Positions 16,612 through 25,163 of a DNA stretch of 37,733 nucleotides are shown here, piece after piece. How positions within the stretch are numbered: the stretch's first letter is position 1; every line of letters begins with the position of its first letter. This DNA is from a virus: positions 1-37,733 of the IMG/VR virus record IMGVR_UViG_3300009156_000026; one strand, written 5' to 3'. The translations under genes were made by a program, and so were the position numbers. Under the pieces are notes generated by a model, which did not search any database, was not told the origin of the DNA, and saw only the letters and a program-made list of their open reading frames with translations.

Positions 16612-17571
16612 ATGGAGACTCACATGTCCGTCTGGACCGCTAGTCAAGAGTCGCGTCCTCCTGATGGTAGCACGAGTCCGGCCTCGTTGGAAATAGGGGC
16701 AATCTCGGGCAGTTCTCCGGCCGGTGCTCGCGCCGGCGCCACGGCCCAGCCGCTCTCGCCGCTCGATCGGCTGGCGATGCTGCAAGCAGCCCGCCGAGAC
16801 CGTCGGCTGAAGCCGGCCGAGGTGCTGCTGCTGATCGATCTGGCGAACTACTACAACCAGGGCACCGGGGTCGCTCGACCCTCTCAGGAGACGCTCAGGG
16901 GCCCTGAGGAGCCAGGACAGCCCAGGAGCACCCAGTCACGGGTCAGCCACGGCCTGAAGGCGTTGGAGGCGGCCGGGTACATCGCGATCGAGCGGTACAG
17001 CTATCGGGTCGGCAACGCGATCCTCCAGGGCCGGCAGTACCGCCTGATCTACCCGCCCAGGACGCCGCTGGTGGTGGTGCCCGACATGCCGGTGCCGGCA
17101 TGTGCCCCACCGACCGACATGCCGGTACCGGCATGTGAGGAGCGTATCGACATGCCGGAGCCGGCATGTGAGGACATGCCGGCTCCGGCATGCAGAACAA
17201 GAGATCCGGAACAAGAGACTGGGAAGGGGGCTACGCCCCCTGCTAGCGTGCGCGGGAAAACCGCGCCGCACCTGCTTCCCGAGGACTTCGCACCCAGCGA
17301 GCAGATGATCACGGACACGATGGCCAAGCACGGCTTCACGCGCTCAGAGGTCGAGGCGAACCACGAAGAGTTCGTGGCCTGGGCGATCAACGACAAGATC
17401 AAGCAGCGCTCCTGGAAGCAGGCGTGGCTCAACAGCCAGGGCCGAGCCGCCGAGAAGGCCAAGCGCACCGCCTCGATCGTCGGCAGACCACGCACCGTCA
17501 CCCGAGGATCGAACGGCGGCCCCACCGAGCCACTCATGGACGTCGAGGCCTGGGGCTACGGAGACCACTAG
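16612..17571 (+). CDS. Phage replication initiator (winged HTH plus DnaT-like C-terminal domain)
   Basis: AGGAGG SD at 16603; LLIDLANYYN..TGVARPSQETL...LKALEAAGYI; internal iterons; LPEDFAPS...F..W...W..AW.N C-terminus. Confidence 0.85.
   Translation: METHMSVWTASQESRPPDGSTSPASLEIGAISGSSPAGARAGATAQPLSPLDRLAMLQAARRDRRLKPAEVLLLIDLANYYNQGTGVARPSQETLRGPEEPGQPRSTQSRVSHGLKALEAAGYIAIERYSYRVGNAILQGRQYRLIYPPRTPLVVVPDMPVPACAPPTDMPVPACEERIDMPEPACEDMPAPACRTRDPEQETGKGATPPASVRGKTAPHLLPEDFAPSEQMITDTMAKHGFTRSEVEANHEEFVAWAINDKIKQRSWKQAWLNSQGRAAEKAKRTASIVGRPRTVTRGSNGGPTEPLMDVEAWGYGDH
17084..17218. repeat. Replication origin: four palindromic 20-bp iterons plus A-rich direct repeat
   Basis: ACATGCCGG-NN-CCGGCATG(T/C) at 17084, 17117, 17150, 17174; GAACAAGAGA twice at 17195 and 17209. 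Confidence 0.85.
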
Positions 17572-17587
17572 GACAGGTTGGAGCATC

Positions 17588-18226
17588 ATGACGTTCTTGT
17601 CATACGATGGGTTGTTAGCGGCGATCGAGGATCGGGAGCTCCCGGCGGAGCGGCGGCTGACGGTCGAGCCGTACGACCGAGGTCGGCTGCGCTCGGCCTC
17701 GCTGGAGCTCCACATCGGGAGCTCGATGGCCAGATGGCGCCAGCGCGGCCAGATGCTGGTCAGCTTGGCGCCCAGAGCGCTCCGAGACATCTCCGAGCGA
17801 GACTTCGAGATCACCCGAGGGCTGGCCCACGGCGACCGCTTCGTGGTCGAGCCCGGCGAGGCGGTCCTGGTGGCCGTCGACTGCTGGATCGGCCTGGGCG
17901 CCCAGCTTATCGCCAGGGTCGAGGGCAAGTCGACGATCGCACGGGCCGGCCAGTCGATCCACGGCGCCGGCTGGGTCGACCCCGGGTTCATCGGGGTCCT
18001 GGTCCTGGAGCCGATCAACCATGCACCCGTCAGCGTGATCTACGAGGTCGGCCAGCCGATCGGCCAACTCACCGTGGCGCTCTTAGACCAGCCGTCAAGC
18101 CACCCCTACGGCCACCCCGAGATGCAGTCCAGGTACCAGGGTCAGCGCGAGGTCTGCCCGCCCCGACCGCACGCGTCGAACGCCCTGTACGGCGCGTTCC
18201 CCCAGGATCCGCTGGCTACCCGCTAG
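17588..18226 (+). CDS. dcd: dCTP deaminase
   Basis: SASLELHIG, F.VEPGE.VL, EGKSTIARAG, AGWVDPGFIG.LVLE, IGQL, PYG...SRYQGQ. Confidence 0.9.
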   Translation: MTFLSYDGLLAAIEDRELPAERRLTVEPYDRGRLRSASLELHIGSSMARWRQRGQMLVSLAPRALRDISERDFEITRGLAHGDRFVVEPGEAVLVAVDCWIGLGAQLIARVEGKSTIARAGQSIHGAGWVDPGFIGVLVLEPINHAPVSVIYEVGQPIGQLTVALLDQPSSHPYGHPEMQSRYQGQREVCPPRPHASNALYGAFPQDPLATR

Positions 18227-18270
18227 GCGGTAGCCCGGTATCACACCACCCCCGAGGAGGCGTAGTGACG

Positions 18271-19491
18271 ATGCGTCACGAAGAGACCCGTCCCGACGAG
18301 ACCCAGGAGGGCATGCAGCACGGCGACGAGATGCTGGCCGGCTTGGCCCTGCGATGGGGCGTGCCCGACCAGACCGACCGTCTGCCAACGATCGACGAGA
18401 TGGTAAGCTGCCCCCCGACCGAGGAGGCGCGGAAGGTAGCCGATGAGCGCACGGCGGCCGTCAGAGCGCTGCCAGAGGGCACGCTGCCCGAGGTCAGGCG
18501 GCGCTACGAATGGCTGGCCTCGCAGGCGATTCAGCAGTTGAAGTGGGCGCAGCGGCGAGACCTAGAGACCGAGACTCGCCGCGCCCTGGGCCCCGAGTAC
18601 GCGGACTGCTTCTGCCTGGGCCAGGGCGGCCGTCAGCCGAACGGGATGCGGCCGGCGATCGGCATCCGCCCGTACGGCGACACCTACATGGTCGCCCAGG
18701 ACGAGCAGGGCCAGCCGATCCTGTCCTGGCACGACAAGTGCCCCTGCCCCGACGGCGCCGCGTTCGGGGAGCGTGTCGCGATTGCCGCCGAGGGCGCCAT
18801 CGCCCGCGCGATCGGGGCGCGCGTCGAGGCGCTAGCTGGTGCTGCCGAGATCCCGAGGCGGTACGACGGCCTGACCACCGAGGGCTGGCGCGAGGCGGTC
18901 AGGATGGCGAGAGGACGGCTGACGGTGGCCGATCGGGCCCTGGCCCTGATCGGCACCTGGGAGGACCTGACGGCCCGAGGCGACCGTCGGTGCCTGCTGG
19001 TGCTGGCCGGCAACCTGGGGACCGGCAAGTCGGCGCTGGCAGCGATCCTGGGCCACACCTGGGTCAACCGTCAGCGCTCCGTGCTGTACCGATCGGCCCC
19101 CGCGCTTGAGGCCGGCGTCCGCACGGCGCCGTACCCCGGGCAGGCAACACGGGTCGACACGCCGACCGAGGCGGATCTGGCCGAGGCGTGGCTGCGTGCC
19201 GACCTGGGGATCCTGGACGACCTGGGGACCGAGCCGATGGCGACAGACGCCCAGGCGGAGCGCTGGCGGGCCTTCCTGTTCCGGATCCTCGACGGACGCC
19301 TGTCAGCCACGCTGCCGACGATCGTGACGACCAATCTACGCCGCGAGGGCATCGCGGGCGCACCCGGCCTGCTGGAGCGGTACGGATCGCGGCTGACCGA
19401 TCGGCTGTCGATGCCGGATGCCGCGATCGTGGCGGTTCTGGCGACCCCGAGCCTGCGGGGCACGTCGCAGGAGCTCACGAGCTTCGACTGA
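18271..19491 (+). CDS. DnaC/IstB-like ATPase (helicase loader)
   Basis: CFC.G.G...CPC zinc motif, IPRRY, Walker A GNLGTGKS, LDDLGTE, IVTTN, RLTDRL; GAGGAGG SD. Confidence 0.88.
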   Translation: MRHEETRPDETQEGMQHGDEMLAGLALRWGVPDQTDRLPTIDEMVSCPPTEEARKVADERTAAVRALPEGTLPEVRRRYEWLASQAIQQLKWAQRRDLETETRRALGPEYADCFCLGQGGRQPNGMRPAIGIRPYGDTYMVAQDEQGQPILSWHDKCPCPDGAAFGERVAIAAEGAIARAIGARVEALAGAAEIPRRYDGLTTEGWREAVRMARGRLTVADRALALIGTWEDLTARGDRRCLLVLAGNLGTGKSALAAILGHTWVNRQRSVLYRSAPALEAGVRTAPYPGQATRVDTPTEADLAEAWLRADLGILDDLGTEPMATDAQAERWRAFLFRILDGRLSATLPTIVTTNLRREGIAGAPGLLERYGSRLTDRLSMPDAAIVAVLATPSLRGTSQELTSFD

Positions 19492-19565
19492 GTCACACGG
19501 CTGCCGGCTACCCACGACTGGGTTGCCCGGCAGCCAGCGGGTATGCTCCAGGCAGGAGGCCCAGC

Positions 19566-20150
19566 ATGTCCAGCGCACCGCAGCAGGAGCTACTGCGCGC
19601 AGCGGCCCCGGCTGCGGAGACGTCTCCAGGCTACGCGCTGGTGGGTGGGCAGCGGTACGAGCTCGTGGGCGGCCCCGACGGCGGCCTGTCGGTGGTGATC
19701 CCGGGGGTGGACGGCACCGAGGACACGGCGGCGATCCCGGAGCGGCTGGTGCGGTTCATCGGGGCCCCGGTCGTCGTGTCGGTCCAGCTACGCCAGAGCA
19801 ACCGCCTGATGAGCACGCCCGAGCCCGGGTCGGAGTTCGTGGGGGTCATCACGGGCTGGTCGATCGCGCTTGACGGGGTGGTGGTGTACGGCGGGATGCT
19901 GGTCTCGATCGACCCGCAGCCGGCCCTGGTGCAGGCGGCAGCCACGCTGCCACGGCTGCTGGCGCTGCCGATCAAGCTGCAGGACGAGGGCGACTGGCTG
20001 GGCCGCCTCGTCTACCTGGACGGACGGACGGCGGTCATCGCCGGACTGCGCGGCAACTACGGCGAGCTCATCCTGATGGTCGGGGAAGAGGAGCACTGGG
20101 TGCCGATCCTGTCCGATCGGATCGCCTGGGAGACGTCTCCCGATGAGTGA
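19566..20150 (+). CDS. Hypothetical protein
   Basis: AGGAGG SD before MSSAPQQ; overlaps next start. Confidence 0.7.
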   Translation: MSSAPQQELLRAAAPAAETSPGYALVGGQRYELVGGPDGGLSVVIPGVDGTEDTAAIPERLVRFIGAPVVVSVQLRQSNRLMSTPEPGSEFVGVITGWSIALDGVVVYGGMLVSIDPQPALVQAAATLPRLLALPIKLQDEGDWLGRLVYLDGRTAVIAGLRGNYGELILMVGEEEHWVPILSDRIAWETSPDE

Positions 20151-21417
20151 CGTGCTGGACATGGTGCTGGTCGCACCGCAGGCGCCCGCACGCCAGCGCT
20201 GGTTCGAGCTCGACGCCTCCAGGCTGGCGCTGGTCTTCGACCCGTCGACCCCGTTTGAGGCGTGGCAAGAGGCCACGACGCGGCTGCTGGAAGCCGCGAG
20301 AGGGGTGCAATGGTGGCTGGGTGACGCGCTGGCCTTCGGGGAGGACGCCTACGGGGAGGACGCGAGCGCACTGTTCGACCCCGAGCGGTACAGCTTCGAG
20401 TCGATCGACAGGATGGCCAGGGTGGCCCGCGCGATCCCACCATCCAGGCGCCGCCCGACGGTCGGGTTCTACCAGCACATGGCGGTGACAGGGCTGCCGG
20501 CCCCGATCCAGGACGCGCTGCTGGACTTTGCTGCCGAGCACCACACCACGGTTGCGGACATGCGGGTGCTGGTCAGGTCGGAGTCACGACGGCTGGAGCG
20601 CGAGCGGGCAGCAGCCCTCCCAGCCCCCCAGCTTCTCCTGGACGGCATCCGGATCGAGGTGGGCGACGCAACAGCCCTGCCGCTGGCCCCAGACAGCGTG
20701 GACGTCCTGGTGACGAGCCCGCCGTACGGCCTCGACAGCGCGACGGTGGCGAAGTATCGGGTCGCAGACGAGTCGACGGCCTGGGTGCGGCTGATGCTGG
20801 CGTTTCTCGCGGAGGCGTATCGGGTGCTCGCTCCGCAGGGACGACTGCTGGTCAATGTGCCGATCGACACGACGACGGGCGGCCATCGGCCCGTCTATGC
20901 GCAACTGGTGGCAGCAGCGGTCGAGGCGGGCTTCCACTATCGCAGCACGATCAGGTGGGCGGACGGGCACCTGGGCAGGTCGACGGCCAGGGGCAGCGTG
21001 GACTCAGCGGGCGCCGTGAACGTGATCGCGCCGTGCGAGACGGTGCTGGTGGCACACAAGGGGGAGTGGAAGCGCCCAGCAAGGACGAACGACATCGGGC
21101 ACGAGGAGTGGGTCTCCTGGTGCAACGGGGACTGGGCGCTACCCGGCGAGGGGCGGCCATGGGAGGGCTTCGAGGCAGCGTACCCGGCGTCGCTGCCCAG
21201 GCGGCTGCTGAAGCTGTTCTCGTTCCGCGAGGACGTGGTCCTGGACCCGTTCCTGGGATCTGGGACGACAGCGGTGGTGGCGTACGAGCTCGGACGAACG
21301 TGCCTGGGGTTCGACATTGACCCACTGCAGGTGGCATCCGCGACGCGCCGACTGGCGGTCGTAGCGAGGAGGTCCCATGGACGGGCGGCTGACGATCGCG
21401 ATCGAGGGACCGTCTGA
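20143..21417 (+). CDS. LmbU-like domain fused to beta-class N4/N6 DNA methyltransferase
   Basis: N-terminal QWWLGD.L.FGE..YG...VAR.....RRR....QH; motif IV VTSPPY before motif I DPFLGSGTT. Confidence 0.85.
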   Translation: MSDVLDMVLVAPQAPARQRWFELDASRLALVFDPSTPFEAWQEATTRLLEAARGVQWWLGDALAFGEDAYGEDASALFDPERYSFESIDRMARVARAIPPSRRRPTVGFYQHMAVTGLPAPIQDALLDFAAEHHTTVADMRVLVRSESRRLERERAAALPAPQLLLDGIRIEVGDATALPLAPDSVDVLVTSPPYGLDSATVAKYRVADESTAWVRLMLAFLAEAYRVLAPQGRLLVNVPIDTTTGGHRPVYAQLVAAAVEAGFHYRSTIRWADGHLGRSTARGSVDSAGAVNVIAPCETVLVAHKGEWKRPARTNDIGHEEWVSWCNGDWALPGEGRPWEGFEAAYPASLPRRLLKLFSFREDVVLDPFLGSGTTAVVAYELGRTCLGFDIDPLQVASATRRLAVVARRSHGRAADDRDRGTV

Positions 21418-21778
21418 CCCGAGCGACCTGCGCACGCCGTATCTGGTGACGGTGCGGTGCCCACACGGGTGTACGCGGCTGCGCTGGCGACGGACCTGCG
21501 GGAACGGCTGCCACCAGGGGACAGCCGCACGGGCCGAGCGGTGCAAGCGGGTCTACCCAGACCCGGCGGCACTGGAGCACCTGGGGGTGCTGGGACACGG
21601 CCAGCGGGTGGGATGCGGGTGCGACGAGCCGTACTGGATGACGGAGGGCCCGGAGCATCTGCGGGTGGAGCATCAGGCGTGCGGGATCCAGGTGGAGGAA
21701 CGGATGGTCTCGATCTGGGATCGCGCGGCGATGCAGGCGACGCTGGGGGATGAGACGTGGTGGGGGCTGGTGTGCTGA
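21377..21778 (+). CDS. Cys-rich hypothetical protein
   Basis: GAGGAGG SD; multiple Cys motifs. Confidence 0.65.
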   Translation: MDGRLTIAIEGPSDPSDLRTPYLVTVRCPHGCTRLRWRRTCGNGCHQGTAARAERCKRVYPDPAALEHLGVLGHGQRVGCGCDEPYWMTEGPEHLRVEHQACGIQVEERMVSIWDRAAMQATLGDETWWGLVC

Positions 21779-21951
21779 TCGGCTGCCCCGGGTGCGGTCG
21801 ATCACCTGGGACGGGACAGGGCCGACGACGAGGGATGTGTCGCGGGTGCTGGCGCCGCAGGAAGTCATACGGGCTGGGGGAAGCCAAGAAGGGAGGCGGG
21901 AGGGGTGGTCGAGTACGTCGATCCGACAGGAAGGGAGTATGGGCTCCCTGA
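21772..21951 (+). CDS. Small basic Zn-finger protein
   Basis: CPGC...RGMCRGCW. Confidence 0.55.
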   Translation: MLIGCPGCGRSPGTGQGRRRGMCRGCWRRRKSYGLGEAKKGGGRGGRVRRSDRKGVWAP

Positions 21952-22381
21952 TGGCACGGTGGTCCACCTGTATGGCGGGCTGGCGTTCTGCTACTGGCTG
22001 GGCTCACCAGGGTTGAGCGAGCTTGTCTCTGGGACGGTCCACTTCTATGAGCCCGTGCTCCAGACCGACTGGGAGGCGTTCATCTCCGAGCTCCAGCAGG
22101 CAGCACGGCGGCGGGTGGCCACGATCGTGGGTCAGCAGACAGGCTTGAGCATGGACTGGTCCAACCCGAGCCTGGATCGTACCGAGTGGCTGGTCATCCC
22201 AGTCGCTGAGCCCGAGTTGCTCGACCGCCTGTCGGCCTTCGAGTCGGGCTGGTCCAGAGCGCTGCCCCCGGGTACCCACGCACGGGACCTCCGAGGCCCC
22301 GATATCAGCCTGCTTGCGCGCCGCATGGGCCTGCATCGGCGCCCGACCCCGCGCGTTGACGCGACACACGAGCCCGCCTGA
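21905..22381 (+). CDS. Hypothetical protein
   Basis: Operon orientation, GGGAGG upstream. Confidence 0.55.
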   Translation: MVEYVDPTGREYGLPDGTVVHLYGGLAFCYWLGSPGLSELVSGTVHFYEPVLQTDWEAFISELQQAARRRVATIVGQQTGLSMDWSNPSLDRTEWLVIPVAEPELLDRLSAFESGWSRALPPGTHARDLRGPDISLLARRMGLHRRPTPRVDATHEPA

Positions 22382-22438
22382 TACCCGAATGCACGGGCCA
22401 TAGCTGCGCTGGTGCGACAGGAGAGGAGGGGAACAGCA

Positions 22439-22861
22439 ATGATGATGGAGGTCATGGGCCTGGAGCAGGAGCTCAAGCGTGAGCGTGTCGCACACCTGGA
22501 AACGCAGGGCTACCTGAAGCGGGCCCTGCGCATGGCCACCCACTACCACCAGCTAGTCGAAGAGATGGAGCGTCGCACGGATGGCATAGCTGCCCTGCCT
22601 ACCCCTGTCACTGGTGCGAGTGATAGTTGTACGAGTGGTAGTGGTGGTGTCGGTGTGTGTGGTGGTAGTGCGAGTCAGGCCCACCTGCTCGCAACGCTGG
22701 GTTGCCTTGCTCGCCTGGGTGAGTACCTGCTCCGCCCGAACCCACTGCGCCGACGCGACACGCTGTACCGCCTGTACGCACTGGCGCACCAGCACCTGGA
22801 CGCGCTCGGCACCCACCTGGGGGGACCCAGAGAGCACCAGGGGGAGGGGGGCAGTGCCTAA
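22439..22861 (+). CDS. Hypothetical protein
   Basis: GAGGAGG SD; central low-complexity GGT-rich segment. Confidence 0.55.
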   Translation: MMMEVMGLEQELKRERVAHLETQGYLKRALRMATHYHQLVEEMERRTDGIAALPTPVTGASDSCTSGSGGVGVCGGSASQAHLLATLGCLARLGEYLLRPNPLRRRDTLYRLYALAHQHLDALGTHLGGPREHQGEGGSA

Positions 22862-23029
22862 GGGGGGTACCCAACACCATATCGCGTACTGGTGTCGCAT
22901 AGATGGGAGCGGTCTGTCTGCTCTGTTGTGTCCCGATTTTCCACCGCGCCAGGGAGCTTTTCCAGCCAGATCGGAAAATTTTTGGCCATCTTGGCCCGGA
23001 TTCTCCGCCGTTCCCGACAGGAGCCGACC

Positions 23030-23284
23030 GTGGATGACGACCTCCTGGCCGAGCTAGTCGCGGCCGTCAACCGCATAGCCGAGCGTCTCGCCTCGTCCAA
23101 CGTCGGGGACTCCAACGGCGAGATGGCCTACATCGTGGACGTGATCGACCGTCAGGCCCGCGCCACCGAGCTCCTGTCGGAGTCCGTTGATGAGGTCGCC
23201 CGTCAGATCGGGGAGGTTGCCAGTGCCATCGGGAGTGTGGCCGAGGCGCTTGCCAACCTCGCCGTGGCCCAGGACAGCCGATGA
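23030..23284 (+). CDS. Small helical hypothetical protein
   Basis: AGGAG SD before GTG; heptad-like pattern. Confidence 0.65.
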   Translation: MDDDLLAELVAAVNRIAERLASSNVGDSNGEMAYIVDVIDRQARATELLSESVDEVARQIGEVASAIGSVAEALANLAVAQDSR

Positions 23285-24880
23285 CCAGCCGTCCCGCCGC
23301 AGGTCGACCCCAGCCTCATCTTGCCTGCCCGGCCGACGAACCCTGCCGAATCGCCCCTGGCCCTCTCGCATCGGTCCGACAGACCAGTCCAGATCCTGGT
23401 CACATCGAACCGTACCGATCCAGGCCGACCACCCGTGTCTCGCCGTATCGACGATCCAGGCCGAGCCGAATCGGTCCCCCTCCTTCCTCGCCCTGCCGAC
23501 CGTTCGGACCATGCTGGCCCAGTACGGCTCAGTCCAGACCCTTCCCGTCCGACATCCCAGTACCGCGTCACCCCGTGCTCCACCTCCCTGGACCTTCCCC
23601 GATGACGAGCCTATCCCGGCCACGCGACCCCGTGCCCGCCCTCCACGACATTCCCCACCTGAGCACCCCAGTCCCGTCCGACCTGTCAATCCCCCTCGCA
23701 CCATGCCCGGCTGAGCCGTGTCGACCACCCTTCCCGGGCCTCGACATGCCATTCCTTGCCTGCCCGACAGACCGTTCCCGGCCAACTCCCAACAGCCCCC
23801 GACGGGCCGACCTTCCGACCTCCTCCGCGCCTCGCCATGCTGTTCCCGTCCGACGACCCTGGCCATGTCGATGCTGGCCCAGCCGCCCCGACCATCCTGG
23901 CCCCACCAGCCCCCTTCCCCCCACATCGACATACCAGACCAAGCCCGACCTCGCTGACCCGCCGCCCCACATCGACTCGTTGCGGATCGCCCCCGCCCCT
24001 GTCAGACGACGCGCCTCGCCATGCCCACGCCGTGTCACCACGTGCCTAGCCTTGGCCATGCCGACGAGCCACGCCTCCACGTCGCAGCCCTCGCCCGATC
24101 CGCCCAGCCTACCCACTGATGGGCGACCTGCCGCGTCGAGCCGATCTGAGCCGTCGCAGCCTGTCCCTGGCCGAGCCAGCCCGTACCTCCCCGAGCCACA
24201 CCGATCCGACGACCCTTGCCGCATCACCTCCGCCCTCGACCGCCCGACCATCCACCCCGCGCCGATCCTCGCCCAGCCACATGACGACGCACGACCGACC
24301 GTGCCTAGCTCACCCTCGTCGATCCCCGGTGACCCACCGCGCTGTACCCCGCCTGATCTGCTCGTACCGACGAACCGTCACAGGCCGCGACCCACCGAGT
24401 CAGGTCACGTCGCTACCACCCACCGACCCTCCCGACCCGCTGGACCCCCACCAGGACGCGCCGCCCCGACGAGCCGACTCGTGCAGCGCCGTCACCGTCC
24501 TCCCCGACTTCCCATACCGCTCCTCCCCCCTCCCGGCGCCTCCCCTACCGGCCTTTGCCCGCCCCCGCCTGACATCCCAAGACGAGCCAAGCCGCCTCAT
24601 TGGCCCTGCCGTGGCGCCGCCAGCCGAGCCAAGCCAGCCCGACGGCCCTATCCAATCTCTCCCACCCCACGCCACGCCGACTCGCCATGTCTCGCTGCGC
24701 CTGCCCGCGTCCGTGCTGCCTCAGCCCATGCCGCGTCCGACATACCAACCCAGCCCGTGGCGCGCCCCTCCCCCCCGGTTCGCACCGACCGACCGCCCAT
24801 CTCACACCTCCCCTCCCAAGCGCAGTTCCGTCCCAACCACGTCGACAACCTTCGTCCACCCCGCCCGAGCCATCCGAGCC
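23283..24880. repeat. Array of about 35 units, each GAC + (NNN[C/T]C)n; putative guide-like repeat RNA array
   Basis: Manual parsing gives 5-nt periodicity punctuated by GAC, e.g. delimiters at 23680, 23723, 23766, 23809, 23852 (exact 43-nt spacing). Confidence 0.88.
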
Positions 24881-24912
24881 CCACGGGAGGTTTCGTGTCC
24901 TGGCCACCTGCC

Positions 24913-25155
24913 ATGAAGCTCGTCTCGGTCGAGTGGATCGACTCCAACGGGACGAGTACCTGGACCCCCTACGACGACATGCTGTCCGACGTCAAGCAGC
25001 GCGACCTGACCTGCCGCACCGTCGGCTGGCAGATGCTCGATGCGCCTGATCGGATCGCCATCGTCAGCAGCCAGACCGCCAGTGGATCCGTGGCCGACGC
25101 CACGGTCATCCCCCGCGTCGCCGTGCTCTCGATCACCGAGATCACACCACCATAG
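24913..25155 (+). CDS. Small beta-rich phage protein
   Basis: V.VEW.DS...W...C.TVG...IP..AV.SI pattern; GGGAGG SD could instead serve GTG at 24895. Confidence 0.75.
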   Translation: MKLVSVEWIDSNGTSTWTPYDDMLSDVKQRDLTCRTVGWQMLDAPDRIAIVSSQTASGSVADATVIPRVAVLSITEITPP

Positions 25156-25163
25156 GAGGCTCG

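Noticed and set aside
17578-18270. N-terminal extension of the DnaC-like ORF (637 aa)
   Set aside because: It overlaps dcd out of frame; a strong SD precedes 18265/18271
22630-22672. GGT/GT-rich low-complexity stretch as a functional repeat
   Set aside because: Short, irregular and inside an ORF encoding a Gly/Ser/Val linker
23283-24880. CRISPR array or simple satellite
   Set aside because: No identical 25-45 nt direct repeats with spacers, no cas genes, and the units are not copies of each other
23281-25155. 624-aa Pro/Arg-rich protein as a real CDS, and other ORFs over the array
   Set aside because: Composition follows from the 5-nt DNA periodicity; only the last 80 aa or so look like a folded protein and have their own SD
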